Of a DNA stretch of 64,000 bases, positions 1-11,494 are shown piece after piece (within the stretch, counting starts at the first letter, position 1; every line of letters begins with the position of its first letter). The translations under genes were made by a program, and so were the position numbers. Location of the stretch: the IMG/VR virus record IMGVR_UViG_3300027969_000045. One strand, written 5' to 3'. A model generated the notes under the pieces. It was given only the letters and a program-made list of their open reading frames with translations, had not been told where the DNA came from and did no database searches. This DNA is from a virus.

Positions 1-1768
1 AATATCAACAGCAGTCGTTTCAGTTTCCAGTACAATTTCTTCGATTGACGTAACAGATGGTGGTATAGGATATGCTGCTACAACTTCACCAAAAGTTTCA
101 ATATCTACGGTTTCGGTTCAAAGTAAAGATCCAATTTTGAATTGGACAATAACTAGTGGATTATCCACTACTGCATCATTTTTGTCTGTAGTTGTTTCAA
201 ATCCAATTGTAGCAGTTGGAAGTTTTGGAGTTGTTGCTATTACAACTGATGCCAAAACATTACAATCATTGACTAATATCGGATATGCAAAAACAATAAC
301 ATTTAATTCTATTGGTATTGGATCTACAAATAAGTATATTGCTGTTGGTCAAGGTGGAAAAATTGTATCCGCAATTGGATTTGGAACCACAATATCTTCT
401 TGGACTGAAATTAATAAGTATGAGGAAACTTCTGTATTTGGAATTGTAACTAGATCTGCAAGTACATACATATCATCTTTATCTGATATCAAATATTCTC
501 AAACTTTAGATAAATGGTTTTCTGTTGGTTATTCTGGAGCAATTTTTTCTGCAATTGGTGTAGGTAGTACTTCATTTGTAAAAATTCCTTCAAATACTTC
601 AGAGAATTTGAATTCAATCGCATTTGGTAATATTATTGTTGCTGTTGGAAATAATGGCGCAATTATCACTTCTGGAATTGGAACTTTCTGGAGTTCCAAT
701 AATGTGACATCGCAAAATTTAAATAAAATAATTTGGACTGGAACAAGGTTTGTAGTGGTTGGCAACAATAATACAATACTTATTTCTTATGATGGTAATA
801 GCTGGAATGCTATAACACCAAATATTGCAGGTTCTTTTACAAATATTCATTATAATAGTTCATATGATTTATACACACTATTAGATTCTAGTGGAATTTT
901 ATATTATTCTAAAGATCTTCAAAATTGGATTCAAAGATCATCAAATCAATCAAAAATATTAAAATCCATTGATTATTCTTCAAATTTAGATAGATATATT
1001 TCTGTTGGAATTGGTGCTACGATGGTTTATTGCGATTCAGTTTATAATTTTGCCACAGCAACTTCAAATACAACATCTGGAATAATAACTTCAATTACTA
1101 TAATAAATCCTGGATTTGGTTATAATCCAAATAATGTGCCAAAAGTATTAATTGAACCAGAAAAAACAAAAATTGAAGAGATAGTATCAATTAAAGCGAG
1201 GGGTGATTTTGGAATTATTGTAGGAATTGATACAAGTGTTGGAACTGGTTCTACTATTCCCAAAATTAAATTCAATTTAAAATCTGAAAATTATGATAAT
1301 AGTACTTTGGGTATTGGATATTCTTCTCTAAATGCATATGGAGTGACAATTAGTGGCATTTCAATTGGAGATTATTTTGTAATTTATAATAGTAATGTCC
1401 AATGCGGACATGCTTTAACTGGAATTACTACAAGTTCTACTCCTTGGGTAGTTGTTGGAACTGCTAATACATTTATTGATGGTGTTTATCGTGCAGAAAA
1501 TGTAGAATCATCTGGAGTTGGAATTGTCACAGTAACTTGTAGTTTTAATCCTGGACCTGGATTGACCAATTCAATTAATTTTGTAACAAATACACAATCA
1601 ATAACAAATGGATTCTATGGAAATTATAGTTGGGGCAAAATATATGATTATCAAAATAGAGCACTTGGTTCGCCAAAACAATTCACATTAAATTCAAATA
1701 ATGGTTTGATTGGACTCTCGACCTCTCCTGAAGTCACAAGAACTAGAGGATTATTTAAAAGTAAATAA
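1..1768 (+). CDS. Baseplate wedge protein gp7-like, 5'-truncated by the window edge; BNR/beta-propeller-like repeats
   Basis: Frame is open from base 2 through the listed TTG at 137. Repeated 'VAVGxxG.I..S' units, C-terminal YSWGKI...LSTSPEVTRTRGL, directly upstream of gp8. Confidence 0.7.
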   Translation, partial: ISTAVVSVSSTISSIDVTDGGIGYAATTSPKVSISTVSVQSKDPILNWTITSGLSTTASFLSVVVSNPIVAVGSFGVVAITTDAKTLQSLTNIGYAKTITFNSIGIGSTNKYIAVGQGGKIVSAIGFGTTISSWTEINKYEETSVFGIVTRSASTYISSLSDIKYSQTLDKWFSVGYSGAIFSAIGVGSTSFVKIPSNTSENLNSIAFGNIIVAVGNNGAIITSGIGTFWSSNNVTSQNLNKIIWTGTRFVVVGNNNTILISYDGNSWNAITPNIAGSFTNIHYNSSYDLYTLLDSSGILYYSKDLQNWIQRSSNQSKILKSIDYSSNLDRYISVGIGATMVYCDSVYNFATATSNTTSGIITSITIINPGFGYNPNNVPKVLIEPEKTKIEEIVSIKARGDFGIIVGIDTSVGTGSTIPKIKFNLKSENYDNSTLGIGYSSLNAYGVTISGISIGDYFVIYNSNVQCGHALTGITTSSTPWVVVGTANTFIDGVYRAENVESSGVGIVTVTCSFNPGPGLTNSINFVTNTQSITNGFYGNYSWGKIYDYQNRALGSPKQFTLNSNNGLIGLSTSPEVTRTRGLFKSK

Positions 1769-1791
1769 ATAAAGATAAACATTTAGTAAAA

Positions 1792-3375
1792 ATGCCTGCT
1801 ATTATATCTGACCAATTTAGAATATTAAATGCTGAAACTTTTGTGAAAAGTTTTATTGGGGTAGGTCAAACTTTAAATAAATATTATACTTTTATAGGTC
1901 AACCCAATTCTACAAATCCATTGGCTGGTGGTTCTTCTTCTTGGGGGACAGGACCATCCCCTCTAGATGGATTTAAAGAAGAAAATGATATTAAAGATAC
2001 TATAATTGCAATGAAGCAAATTACTACGGATGATGTTCGTAGAATGATCAGAAAAGTTTCTTGGACTGCAGGAACAACTTATGAAATGTATAAAAATAAT
2101 TATAGTATTTACAATTTAACTCCAGTAACTAATCAATCAAGTTTATATGAATCAAATTATTATGTAATAAATGAAGATTTGAGAGTTTATATTTGTATCC
2201 AAAACGGATCAAATCCAGAAAATCCAACAGGAAGATCATCATACGATCAACCAACTTTTATTGATTTAGAACCAAGAGCTGCGGGAACTAGCGGTGATGG
2301 TTATATTTGGAAATATCTTTATACTATTAAACCATCAGAAATTGTAAAATTTGATTCCATTGAATTTATTCCAGTTCCTGAAAATTGGGGAACATCTGGA
2401 GAAAGTATAGCAACTCAATCAAATGCTATAGATGGAAAAATTAATTCAGTAATAATCAACCAAAGGGGAGTTGGATACAATCCAACATCATCTACTTTTA
2501 CAAATATTCCAATTTTAGGTAATGGTAGTGGCGGAAAAGTTACAATAACAACAGATTCTTTTGGAAAAGTCTCTGAAGTTTATGTTACTGATGGTGGGCA
2601 AGGATATACTTATGGATCTATTCAATTTTATCCTGGAGCACCAGGAATAACATCATCATTGACTAATGTTGGTGTTGGAGCCACTTCTTTTGCCACATTT
2701 GATGTAATCATACCACCAAAAGGTGGTCACGGATATGATATTTACAGAGAACTTGGTGCATATCGTGTTCTTGTGTATTCTAGATATGAAACTTTAGAAT
2801 CAAACCCAGATATAATTACGGGAAATGATTTTTCAAGAGTTGGAATTATAAAAAATCCTTTGACACTTGGGAGCAACACACAACTTTTAAATACATCTTT
2901 AATAAGTGGTCTTAGTGCAATCAAATTTACTGGTTCCGCAACTACTGCTACTACTTATGCTGTAGATTCCGTCATTACTCAAACTGTTGGTGTTGGTTCT
3001 ACGGCAATTGGTTTTGTTGCATCTTGGGATAATGTTACTGGCGTTTTGAAATATTATCAACCAGTAGGATTATCTACAATTGGTGTTGGATATAAAATAA
3101 ATCAATTTACATCATCTCCATCTTCTGGTGGAAGTTTGCTTATAAATGGTTCCTCAATGAACGGCACATCACCGCTATCAATTGATAGTGGATTTAGTGG
3201 TGTATCTACAACAATATACAACAGAACATACCAATTGGGAATGACATTCAATGCAGGTATTGCATCTGCAGAATATAATAAAAGGTCCGGTGAGGTCATA
3301 TACATAGATAATAGATCAGCAATCCCGAGATCTTCCAGCCAAAAAGAAGATATTAAAATTGTATTGGAATTCTAA
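1792..3375 (+). CDS. gp8: Baseplate wedge subunit
   Basis: MPAIISDQFRILNA start, DGYIWKYLYTI motif, C-terminal SGEVIYIDNR...QKEDIKIVLEF typical of gp8. Confidence 0.9.
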   Translation: MPAIISDQFRILNAETFVKSFIGVGQTLNKYYTFIGQPNSTNPLAGGSSSWGTGPSPLDGFKEENDIKDTIIAMKQITTDDVRRMIRKVSWTAGTTYEMYKNNYSIYNLTPVTNQSSLYESNYYVINEDLRVYICIQNGSNPENPTGRSSYDQPTFIDLEPRAAGTSGDGYIWKYLYTIKPSEIVKFDSIEFIPVPENWGTSGESIATQSNAIDGKINSVIINQRGVGYNPTSSTFTNIPILGNGSGGKVTITTDSFGKVSEVYVTDGGQGYTYGSIQFYPGAPGITSSLTNVGVGATSFATFDVIIPPKGGHGYDIYRELGAYRVLVYSRYETLESNPDIITGNDFSRVGIIKNPLTLGSNTQLLNTSLISGLSAIKFTGSATTATTYAVDSVITQTVGVGSTAIGFVASWDNVTGVLKYYQPVGLSTIGVGYKINQFTSSPSSGGSLLINGSSMNGTSPLSIDSGFSGVSTTIYNRTYQLGMTFNAGIASAEYNKRSGEVIYIDNRSAIPRSSSQKEDIKIVLEF

Positions 3376-3381
3376 AAGAAA

Positions 3382-6300
3382 ATGCCACAAAACACTAATT
3401 TAAATGTATCTCCATATTTTGATGATTTTTCTGATTCGAAAAATTACCAAAGAGTTTTATTTAAACCTGGGACTCCAATACAGGCTAGAGAATTAACAAC
3501 TCTACAATCCATTTTACAGAATCAAATTGAAAAGTTTGGAAAAAATCTTTTTAAAGAAGGTTCAATGGTCATTCCTGGTCAAATTGCATATGACCCAGAA
3601 TATACTTGTGTTCAAATTGATGAAGTCCATTTAGGTATTCCAATTTCTCTCTATATTGAGAGCCTTTTGGGTAAATTGATTCAGGGAGAAACAAGTGGCG
3701 TTAAGGCAAAAGTAGAAAATTATATCACTAATTCAGAATCAGAAAGAAATACCTATACTCTTTATATTAAATACCAAAGTTCTAGTAATAATGATTTTTC
3801 GACAAAAACATTTGTTGATGGTGAAAATTTAATTGCATTAGAAGATATTTCATATTCTTTATCTGCAATAAGATCCGGATCTACATTTGCGACATCTATT
3901 CTTTCAAATTCAACCTCTATCGGATCTGCCGCTAAAATTGTATCTGGAGTATATTTTATTCGTGGTTTCTTTATAACTGTAAATTCAGAAACAGTTATAT
4001 TGGATCAATATACTAATATCCCAAGCTATAGAGTTGGTTTATTGATTAATGAAGAAATTGTTGTGGCATCAAATGAATATGTTGATTTATTTGATAATGC
4101 TCAAGGATTTTCAAATTATGCTGCCCCAGGTGCAGATAGGTTAAAAATATCCACATCATTGATTAAAAAAAGTATTAATGATTTTAATGATGAGAATTTT
4201 ATTGAATTACTAAGAGTAGAAAATGGTTCATTGCAAAAGTTTGTAAAAGAAACAAATTACAATTTAATTCGTGATGAACTTGCAAGAAGAACTTATGATG
4301 AGGCAGGGGATTATTATATAACCCCATTTGATATTACAGCAAAAGAATGTTTAAATGACAGAATAGGAAATAATGGTATATATTTTGAAAATCAAGTAAC
4401 AAAACAAGGAAATCCAGTATCTAAAGATTTACTCTGCTTATCAGTAAGTCCAGGAAAAGCATACGTTAGGGGTTATGAAGTTGAAACTATTAATAATACT
4501 ATTATTGATTTAAATAAACCAAGAACTACTGATAATGATTACAATCAAGCAATTCCATTTAATCTAGGAAGACAAATCAATTTAAATAATGTAACTGGGA
4601 CACTTCCAGTTGGATTTGGAACAACTTCATATGTTAATTTATACAATGGAAGAACTGGAATTGCTGGAATTTTTTCCGGAACTCAAATTGGTGTTGCTAG
4701 AGTATATGATTTAAAATTAAAAAATAGTGTTTATGTAGATAATACAACACAATTTGAAACTTCTTTATATGATATTCAAACTTATACAAATCTTACATTA
4801 AATACATCATTAACACAATCCATTCCTGCATTTATTCAAGGAAATAGTAGTGGAGCAAGTGGTTATCTCGTAAATAGTGTTTCATCATCTAATACTTTAT
4901 CATTATATCAAGTTTCTGGTTCATTTGTAAATAATGAAACTATCAATATAAACGGAAATACTAATGTAAGAACGATCATTGGAGTTAGAGATTATAATTT
5001 CTCTGATATTCACCAAATAGTTGGAAATGGAGTAAGTTTCACAGCGGATCCAGTACTTTCAAATCAATCATATATTTCACAACCAGGAACAGTATTTACA
5101 ATTTCAATTGCTTCTGCTGGAATTAGTACAATTACTACTACTGACCAGAATTTTTATGTTGGCATAAACACTGGAGATATTATTTCATATACAAAACAAG
5201 GAGATACACTTCCAACATATAATCAAGTATATCAAGTTAGTACATCATCAAAAAGTATTCAAATTGTTTCGTTACCTTCCATTTCTGGTGTTTGTGTTGG
5301 AACATTGCCAACATCCACATCCACAAATACTGATATTAAAAAATCCACTCTTGATGTTTTAAATACAACAGATGTTTCTTTATATTCCAAATTAAATAAA
5401 TCAAATATTTCAAATTTAACCTTGACCGGTTCTAATATTACAATAAAGAGAAGTTATAATGTAACTATTTCTAATGGTGCTGCAACTCAAGTACTTGAAA
5501 CGGATACTAGTTTAACACTATTACCATTCAATGAACAAGATTATAATTTAGCATTTGCTAATGGAACTATAGAATCATTAAGCGACCAAAAATTAACCGT
5601 TTCTGGAAGAACCGTCAATTTGCAAAATATTAGCCAAAATGGATCTGCAGTTTTGACTGTCAGTTTCAATAAAATTAATGCTTCCACCAAAAAGAAAATT
5701 TTTAATAGATGTTCATCTTTAATTATAGACAAATCGACATCTCAAGGATCTGGTATTGGATCTACAACGTTCAATGATGGATTATCTTACAGTCAAATAT
5801 ATGGTACTAGAGTACAAGATAAAGAAATTTCTTTAAATGTGCCTGATGTATCAAATATTATTGCAATCATTGAATCTTCCACATCTGGGGATCCATCCCT
5901 ATCGTACTTACAACTTATAAATTTATCCTCTAATATTTTAAATTCGGTAAAGGGAGAATTAATCATTGGAGCAAACAGTAAAGCTGTAGCAACATTAGTT
6001 TCATCCACTGGAACAAATCAAATTGATATTGTTTATTTGAATGAGAATATATTTACTATTGGCGAACTCGTTACATTTCAAGAATCAAAAATACAGGCAA
6101 CAATAACAACAGTATTTCCTGGTGATAAAAATATTAAAAATAATTTTATCTTTGATGATGGACAAAGATCCGAATACTTAGATTATTCTAGAATTATAAG
6201 AAAGCCAAACAATTCTTCTCCTACTAGAAAAATTAGAATAATTTTCAATAATTATACAATCAGTTCTTCTGATAATGGAGATTTTGTTGGAGTGAATTCA

Positions 6301-9300
6301 TATGATAAGGATCGTTATGATGATTATATCCCATCAGTTGATGGTCTGAGAGTTACAGATCTTTTAGATTGCAGACCAAGAGTTTCTCAATTCAACAGTA
6401 CAGTTGCGTCTCCATTTGAATTCAAATCAAGAATTTTCCAAAATACAAATGGATCCGCAACTGATATTTTTGCTAAAAATAAAAATATTAATCTTTCATA
6501 TGATTATTATTTACCAAGAATAGATAGAATCTTTTTAGATAAAGATGGCGCATTTATTGTCAATAAAGGAATTCCTTCCCTTTCCCCAAAAGTTCCCAAT
6601 AGTCTAGATTCATCATTAGAAATCGGAACTGTATATTTACCTGCATATTTATTTGATGCCTCTAGTGTCAAAATATCTTTAACAACACACAAAAGATATA
6701 GAATGCAGGATATTTCTAGTTTAGATAGAAGAATTACCAATATAGAATACTACACTTCACTATCTTTACTTGAAACTGATACTCAAAATTTAACAATAAG
6801 AGATTCTACTACTCAACTTGATAGATTCAAATGTGGTTTCTTTGTAGATAATTTCAAATCTTCCAATGGTGGAGATATTTCAAATCGTTTATATAAATCT
6901 AGTATTGATAAAGATGCTGGAACATTAAATCCACAACCATATTCAACAAGTATTGATCTTCTTATTGGTTCAGAATCAATACTTGGAATAGGGACAACAT
7001 CAAATGTAGATGCAGATTTGAGATTTGTGAATGATCTAGGGTCACCAAATCTAACAAGAGTTGGTGATGTTGTATGTTTGAAATATTCTGATGTTGAATA
7101 TGTAAAAAATCCATATGCAACAAGAACCGAAAATGTAAATCCATTTAATGTCGTAAATTGGATAGGGACAATACAACTAAGTCCTTCTTCAGATACTTGG
7201 GTAGAAACAAGAAAAACTGAAAAAATATCTGACATTGAAGGATCTTATAATTCTGCCATTCAGCAATTGGGAGTTGATACTAATACTGGTCTTTCTCCAG
7301 TTGATTGGGGATCTTGGGAAACAACTTGGACTGGAGCACAAGTAACAAATGGTCCAGCACTATTCACACAGCAGACTGGATCCAATTTAACATCTTCAAC
7401 TGATTGGGTTGCTACTTCAGGATTGTGGCAATCTCGCAACCCTGAAAATGGTGTGATGATGCAAAGTCAAGATAGAACTACTACCTATCAAGACAGTTTT
7501 ATTAATTTTTCAAATCAAACTACAATTACATCAAGAAATCAGACTAGACAGGGAATACAATATGGAGTCAACCAAAGATTTGATACAACAAATCTTGGCG
7601 ATAGAGTAGTTTCTAGGGACATCTTGACTTATATGAGATCAAGAAATATTGAAGTTATTGCAAAAAGACTAAAACCAAATAGTCAATTTTATGCATTCTT
7701 TGATAATGTTGATATGACAAATTATATCATTCCTAAACTTCTAGAAGTTTCGATGATAAGTGGAACATTTTCTGTTGGGGAAACTGTTATAGGTATTTTG
7801 GGTTCAAAATCAATTAAATTTAGATTAGCATCCCAAAATCATAAGTATGGACCATATAATGCACCATCCGAATACTATTCAACCAATCCATATGATTCAT
7901 CAAGCACAATTTCATCAAGTTATTCTTCAACTACTGGTTTATTGAATCTTGATACTGCAAGTTTAGAATTGCAATCAAATTCTAGTTTTTATGGTTGTGT
8001 TTCCAATGGAATGCGTTTAATTGGACAAACTAGTGGAGCAATTGCAGACATAAAAAATCTTAGATTGATTAGTGATAATTCTGGATCTTTTATTGGATCA
8101 CTATTTATTCCAGATCCAACTTCACCATCAACTCCAGTATTTACTACAGGAAATAAAACATTTACACTCACTACAAGCTCAACAAATTCTACAATTTCTG
8201 GATTTGCTCAAAGTTCTGCGGAAACTAATTTCTCATCAAGTGGCACATTAGATAATGTAGAATCAACTACTCTTCGCATTCGTAATGCAAATATTTCTAG
8301 AGATGTAAAAACTGATGACAGAAAAACATCAGAAACAGACACAAGACTTGTGGCAAGCACATCATTCATAAACAGAACTGTAACTCAGACTAGATGGGTA
8401 GATCCACTTGCAGAATCATTTGAAGTATCGGATCCGAATGGAGTATATGTAACAAAATGTGATATTTTCTTCAAGTCAAAATCTACAAATAATCTTCCAG
8501 TTACTCTACAAGTAAGAACAATGAGTACTGGTTTGCCAACACAAACCATTCTACCATTTGCCGAAGTTATTTTGGATCCAGACAAAGTTTATATTTCAAA
8601 TGATGCTTCTGTTCCAACTACCTTTACATTCCCATCTCCTGTTTATCTTGAGACTGCAAATTCATATGCAATTGTTCTCCTTTCTGCTTCAGATGAGTAT
8701 AATGTTTGGATTTCGAGAATGACTGAAACTGATATTTCAACTTTAACTAGGCCAGAAGCAGAAAGAATTGTAGTTGCACAACAACCACTTCTTGGTTCTT
8801 TATTTAAATCACAAAATGGTTCTACTTGGGATGCAAGTCAACTTGAAGATTTAAAAATGACACTTTATCGTGCAAATTTTGTGACAAGTTCTGCGTCTGT
8901 GAGATTCTATAATCCAAATTTAGATATTGGAAATAATCAAATTGCAGCACTGAGACCAAATCCAATCCAAATGTATTCCAAATCAAGTCTAGTTGGAATT
9001 GGAACTAGTATTTCTGCTGCCAATCAAGCAAATCTAATTAATGGAGTTCAAATTTTACAAAAAAATAATTCCAATTTCTCTGGAAAATTAAGATCAGTTT
9101 TGGGTGGAATCAGCACTGGAGCAACAGGGACATTAACAATAACAAATACCGGAAGTGGTTATACAAGTGGATCTGTTACATTCCAAAATAAAAATTTAGT
9201 CGCTGTCAGTGGTTATGGTCAAGGTGCCAAAGCAAATCTTACTATAATTGGTGGTGTTGCAGTAGCTGCAACAGTTTCGGTCGGAGGAACTGGTTATGCA

Positions 9301-10899
9301 ATTGGTGATGTATTAAGTATTGCTTCCACGGATACCGGAAATCTGGGAAAAAATCTTCTTATTACAATTCCAAATACTGCTGGTATTATCACTTCAATAA
9401 ATTCTTTAATTATAGATAACATTCAAGGAAAAATTGATTCCACAGATTCGACAAAATATATTACCTATAATGGACAAACTGGTATTGTCACAATGGCGAA
9501 TGCAAGTGTAACCTCACTTATTGATATTACTACTGGTCTGAGAATTAAAGTGAATCATAATAATCACGGAATGTATTCTCCACAGAACAAAGTTACTTTA
9601 AGTGGAATTGAGCCTGATTTGTCGCCATTAAAATTATCTTCATCATATAGTTCTTCTTCAACTTCAGATCTTCCATTATCATCTTCTGCTGCAATATTTA
9701 CAATTTTTGAAAATATTGCAGTCAGTTCAGCAAATACTGGTTATATTAGTATTAAAAATGAAATAATAGGTTATACGGGGGTAAATACTTCGACTAATAG
9801 TTTGACAGGAATCACTAGAGGTCAAATTGCCGGATCGTACTCCGCAAATGATTTGGTATTTAAATATGAACTTAATGGAGTATCTTTAAAGAGAATCAAT
9901 AAAACTCACACAATTTCTGATTTATATAATATTGATTTAGATGAATATAACCTAATATTAGATACATCTTCTGATGGTGCGGATAGAACTACTTCTAATG
10001 TAAATGGATATCCAGAACTATTTTTCTCTCAAAGAAAATCTGGGGGAACATATGAATCAACAAGTCCAGTAGTTGGATTTGAAAAAGGTCCCAAAGCATC
10101 ACAAAATATTCCATTCAGTATCATAAGACCAAATATACAAACGTTATTACCACAAACTACTGAAATTAGTGCCAGAATTAGAACTTTCTCTGGAACAAGT
10201 GCTGACGGAACTGAGGCATCATTTGTGGATCAAGGATTTGAAGATATTTCATTAAATTCAAATAATATTTTAAATTCTACTAGAATTATTGCTTCTAAAA
10301 TAAATGAATCCAATAATCTTGGAAATTATCCAGGAGCAAAATCATTTACATTAGAAATGATACTTTCTACTGGAGATCCAAAAGTATCTCCAATGATTGA
10401 TTTGGATAGAGTAAATATTATTACTATTATGTCTAGATTAAATTCTCCAGTATCAAATTATGCTGCAGATTCTAGTGTTAATAGTTTAACTGATGATCCA
10501 CATGCTGCAATTTATGTGTCAAAAATTATTAAATTGAAGCAATCTGCAGATAATTTGATGGTATTATTTGATGCATATAGAGATGCTTCTAGTGATATTA
10601 GAGTAATGTATAGATTGATGAGAGATGATACCTCATCTCAACAACAAGGATTTGAATTGTTCCCAGGTTACCCAAACTTAAATAATAATGGGGATGTAAT
10701 TGATCCAAAAGACAATAATGGCCTTCCGGATAAATTTATAATACCTTCTGTTAATTTTAATGACTTAGGTAGTTATGAATTTACTGCTCATAATTTAGCA
10801 CCTTTTAATGGATTCCAAATCAAAATTTTAATGTCTGGAACAAATCAAGCACTTTATCCAAAAATTAAAGACTTGAGAGCAATCGCAACAAAATCATGA
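3382..10899 (+). CDS. Large virion structural protein (VrlC-like / DUF4815-like), 2505 aa
   Basis: N-terminal NLNVSPYFDDF...QARELTTLQSILQNQIE, APGADRLKI and DPLAESF motifs; position after gp8. Confidence 0.8.
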   Translation: MPQNTNLNVSPYFDDFSDSKNYQRVLFKPGTPIQARELTTLQSILQNQIEKFGKNLFKEGSMVIPGQIAYDPEYTCVQIDEVHLGIPISLYIESLLGKLIQGETSGVKAKVENYITNSESERNTYTLYIKYQSSSNNDFSTKTFVDGENLIALEDISYSLSAIRSGSTFATSILSNSTSIGSAAKIVSGVYFIRGFFITVNSETVILDQYTNIPSYRVGLLINEEIVVASNEYVDLFDNAQGFSNYAAPGADRLKISTSLIKKSINDFNDENFIELLRVENGSLQKFVKETNYNLIRDELARRTYDEAGDYYITPFDITAKECLNDRIGNNGIYFENQVTKQGNPVSKDLLCLSVSPGKAYVRGYEVETINNTIIDLNKPRTTDNDYNQAIPFNLGRQINLNNVTGTLPVGFGTTSYVNLYNGRTGIAGIFSGTQIGVARVYDLKLKNSVYVDNTTQFETSLYDIQTYTNLTLNTSLTQSIPAFIQGNSSGASGYLVNSVSSSNTLSLYQVSGSFVNNETININGNTNVRTIIGVRDYNFSDIHQIVGNGVSFTADPVLSNQSYISQPGTVFTISIASAGISTITTTDQNFYVGINTGDIISYTKQGDTLPTYNQVYQVSTSSKSIQIVSLPSISGVCVGTLPTSTSTNTDIKKSTLDVLNTTDVSLYSKLNKSNISNLTLTGSNITIKRSYNVTISNGAATQVLETDTSLTLLPFNEQDYNLAFANGTIESLSDQKLTVSGRTVNLQNISQNGSAVLTVSFNKINASTKKKIFNRCSSLIIDKSTSQGSGIGSTTFNDGLSYSQIYGTRVQDKEISLNVPDVSNIIAIIESSTSGDPSLSYLQLINLSSNILNSVKGELIIGANSKAVATLVSSTGTNQIDIVYLNENIFTIGELVTFQESKIQATITTVFPGDKNIKNNFIFDDGQRSEYLDYSRIIRKPNNSSPTRKIRIIFNNYTISSSDNGDFVGVNSYDKDRYDDYIPSVDGLRVTDLLDCRPRVSQFNSTVASPFEFKSRIFQNTNGSATDIFAKNKNINLSYDYYLPRIDRIFLDKDGAFIVNKGIPSLSPKVPNSLDSSLEIGTVYLPAYLFDASSVKISLTTHKRYRMQDISSLDRRITNIEYYTSLSLLETDTQNLTIRDSTTQLDRFKCGFFVDNFKSSNGGDISNRLYKSSIDKDAGTLNPQPYSTSIDLLIGSESILGIGTTSNVDADLRFVNDLGSPNLTRVGDVVCLKYSDVEYVKNPYATRTENVNPFNVVNWIGTIQLSPSSDTWVETRKTEKISDIEGSYNSAIQQLGVDTNTGLSPVDWGSWETTWTGAQVTNGPALFTQQTGSNLTSSTDWVATSGLWQSRNPENGVMMQSQDRTTTYQDSFINFSNQTTITSRNQTRQGIQYGVNQRFDTTNLGDRVVSRDILTYMRSRNIEVIAKRLKPNSQFYAFFDNVDMTNYIIPKLLEVSMISGTFSVGETVIGILGSKSIKFRLASQNHKYGPYNAPSEYYSTNPYDSSSTISSSYSSTTGLLNLDTASLELQSNSSFYGCVSNGMRLIGQTSGAIADIKNLRLISDNSGSFIGSLFIPDPTSPSTPVFTTGNKTFTLTTSSTNSTISGFAQSSAETNFSSSGTLDNVESTTLRIRNANISRDVKTDDRKTSETDTRLVASTSFINRTVTQTRWVDPLAESFEVSDPNGVYVTKCDIFFKSKSTNNLPVTLQVRTMSTGLPTQTILPFAEVILDPDKVYISNDASVPTTFTFPSPVYLETANSYAIVLLSASDEYNVWISRMTETDISTLTRPEAERIVVAQQPLLGSLFKSQNGSTWDASQLEDLKMTLYRANFVTSSASVRFYNPNLDIGNNQIAALRPNPIQMYSKSSLVGIGTSISAANQANLINGVQILQKNNSNFSGKLRSVLGGISTGATGTLTITNTGSGYTSGSVTFQNKNLVAVSGYGQGAKANLTIIGGVAVAATVSVGGTGYAIGDVLSIASTDTGNLGKNLLITIPNTAGIITSINSLIIDNIQGKIDSTDSTKYITYNGQTGIVTMANASVTSLIDITTGLRIKVNHNNHGMYSPQNKVTLSGIEPDLSPLKLSSSYSSSSTSDLPLSSSAAIFTIFENIAVSSANTGYISIKNEIIGYTGVNTSTNSLTGITRGQIAGSYSANDLVFKYELNGVSLKRINKTHTISDLYNIDLDEYNLILDTSSDGADRTTSNVNGYPELFFSQRKSGGTYESTSPVVGFEKGPKASQNIPFSIIRPNIQTLLPQTTEISARIRTFSGTSADGTEASFVDQGFEDISLNSNNILNSTRIIASKINESNNLGNYPGAKSFTLEMILSTGDPKVSPMIDLDRVNIITIMSRLNSPVSNYAADSSVNSLTDDPHAAIYVSKIIKLKQSADNLMVLFDAYRDASSDIRVMYRLMRDDTSSQQQGFELFPGYPNLNNNGDVIDPKDNNGLPDKFIIPSVNFNDLGSYEFTAHNLAPFNGFQIKILMSGTNQALYPKIKDLRAIATKS

Positions 10900-11117
10900 T
10901 TCCTGTTGAAAATAATAAATCATTATTTCGTGATGAAAAATCCGGAGCAATTATAAATTGCTCCGATAGTGATTATGAAAGATATTTGAGAGCAAAAGAA
11001 AATAAATTAAAAGAAATAGAAAAATCAAAACAACTGGAAACTGATATGGAGAATATCAAAAAAGACATTGATATGATAAAGGATTTATTGATTCAATTAG
11101 TTTTTAACAAAACCTAA
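10896..11117 (+). CDS. Small hypothetical coiled-coil protein
   Basis: ATGA overlap with the upstream gene; LFRDEKSGAIIN motif. Confidence 0.7.
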   Translation: MIPVENNKSLFRDEKSGAIINCSDSDYERYLRAKENKLKEIEKSKQLETDMENIKKDIDMIKDLLIQLVFNKT

Positions 11118-11147
11118 ATATATTAGAAAGTATTAAAATTTTAAATA

Positions 11148-11492
11148 ATGGCAGCTTCTTATGTTAGTAATATCATAATTAATTCGGGAACTGATTTTAC
11201 CCAAACATTTGATTTTGAAACCACTTCAAATACTCCATTGGATTTGACTGGATATACTGCATATTCCTCCATTAAAAAAAGTCCAGCATCATCAAAAACT
11301 ACTGCCAATTTTGTCGTTTCATTTACCAATAGAGCTTTTGGTAAATTGACAATTTCTTTAGGATCTTCAATAACATCTACAATAAGATCAGGAAGATATT
11401 CCTATGATATTTTACTGGTAGATCCCCTTTCCATTAAAACCAGAGTTGTAGAAGGGAGTGCGATTGTTGCTGCTGGTATTACTACGGTATAA
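11148..11492 (+). CDS. Putative virion structural protein (beta-sandwich, baseplate/fibre adaptor-like)
   Basis: PLDLTGY...GRYSYDILL...RVVEG pattern; CTAAATA late promoter upstream. Confidence 0.6.
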   Translation: MAASYVSNIIINSGTDFTQTFDFETTSNTPLDLTGYTAYSSIKKSPASSKTTANFVVSFTNRAFGKLTISLGSSITSTIRSGRYSYDILLVDPLSIKTRVVEGSAIVAAGITTV

Positions 11493-11494
11493 AA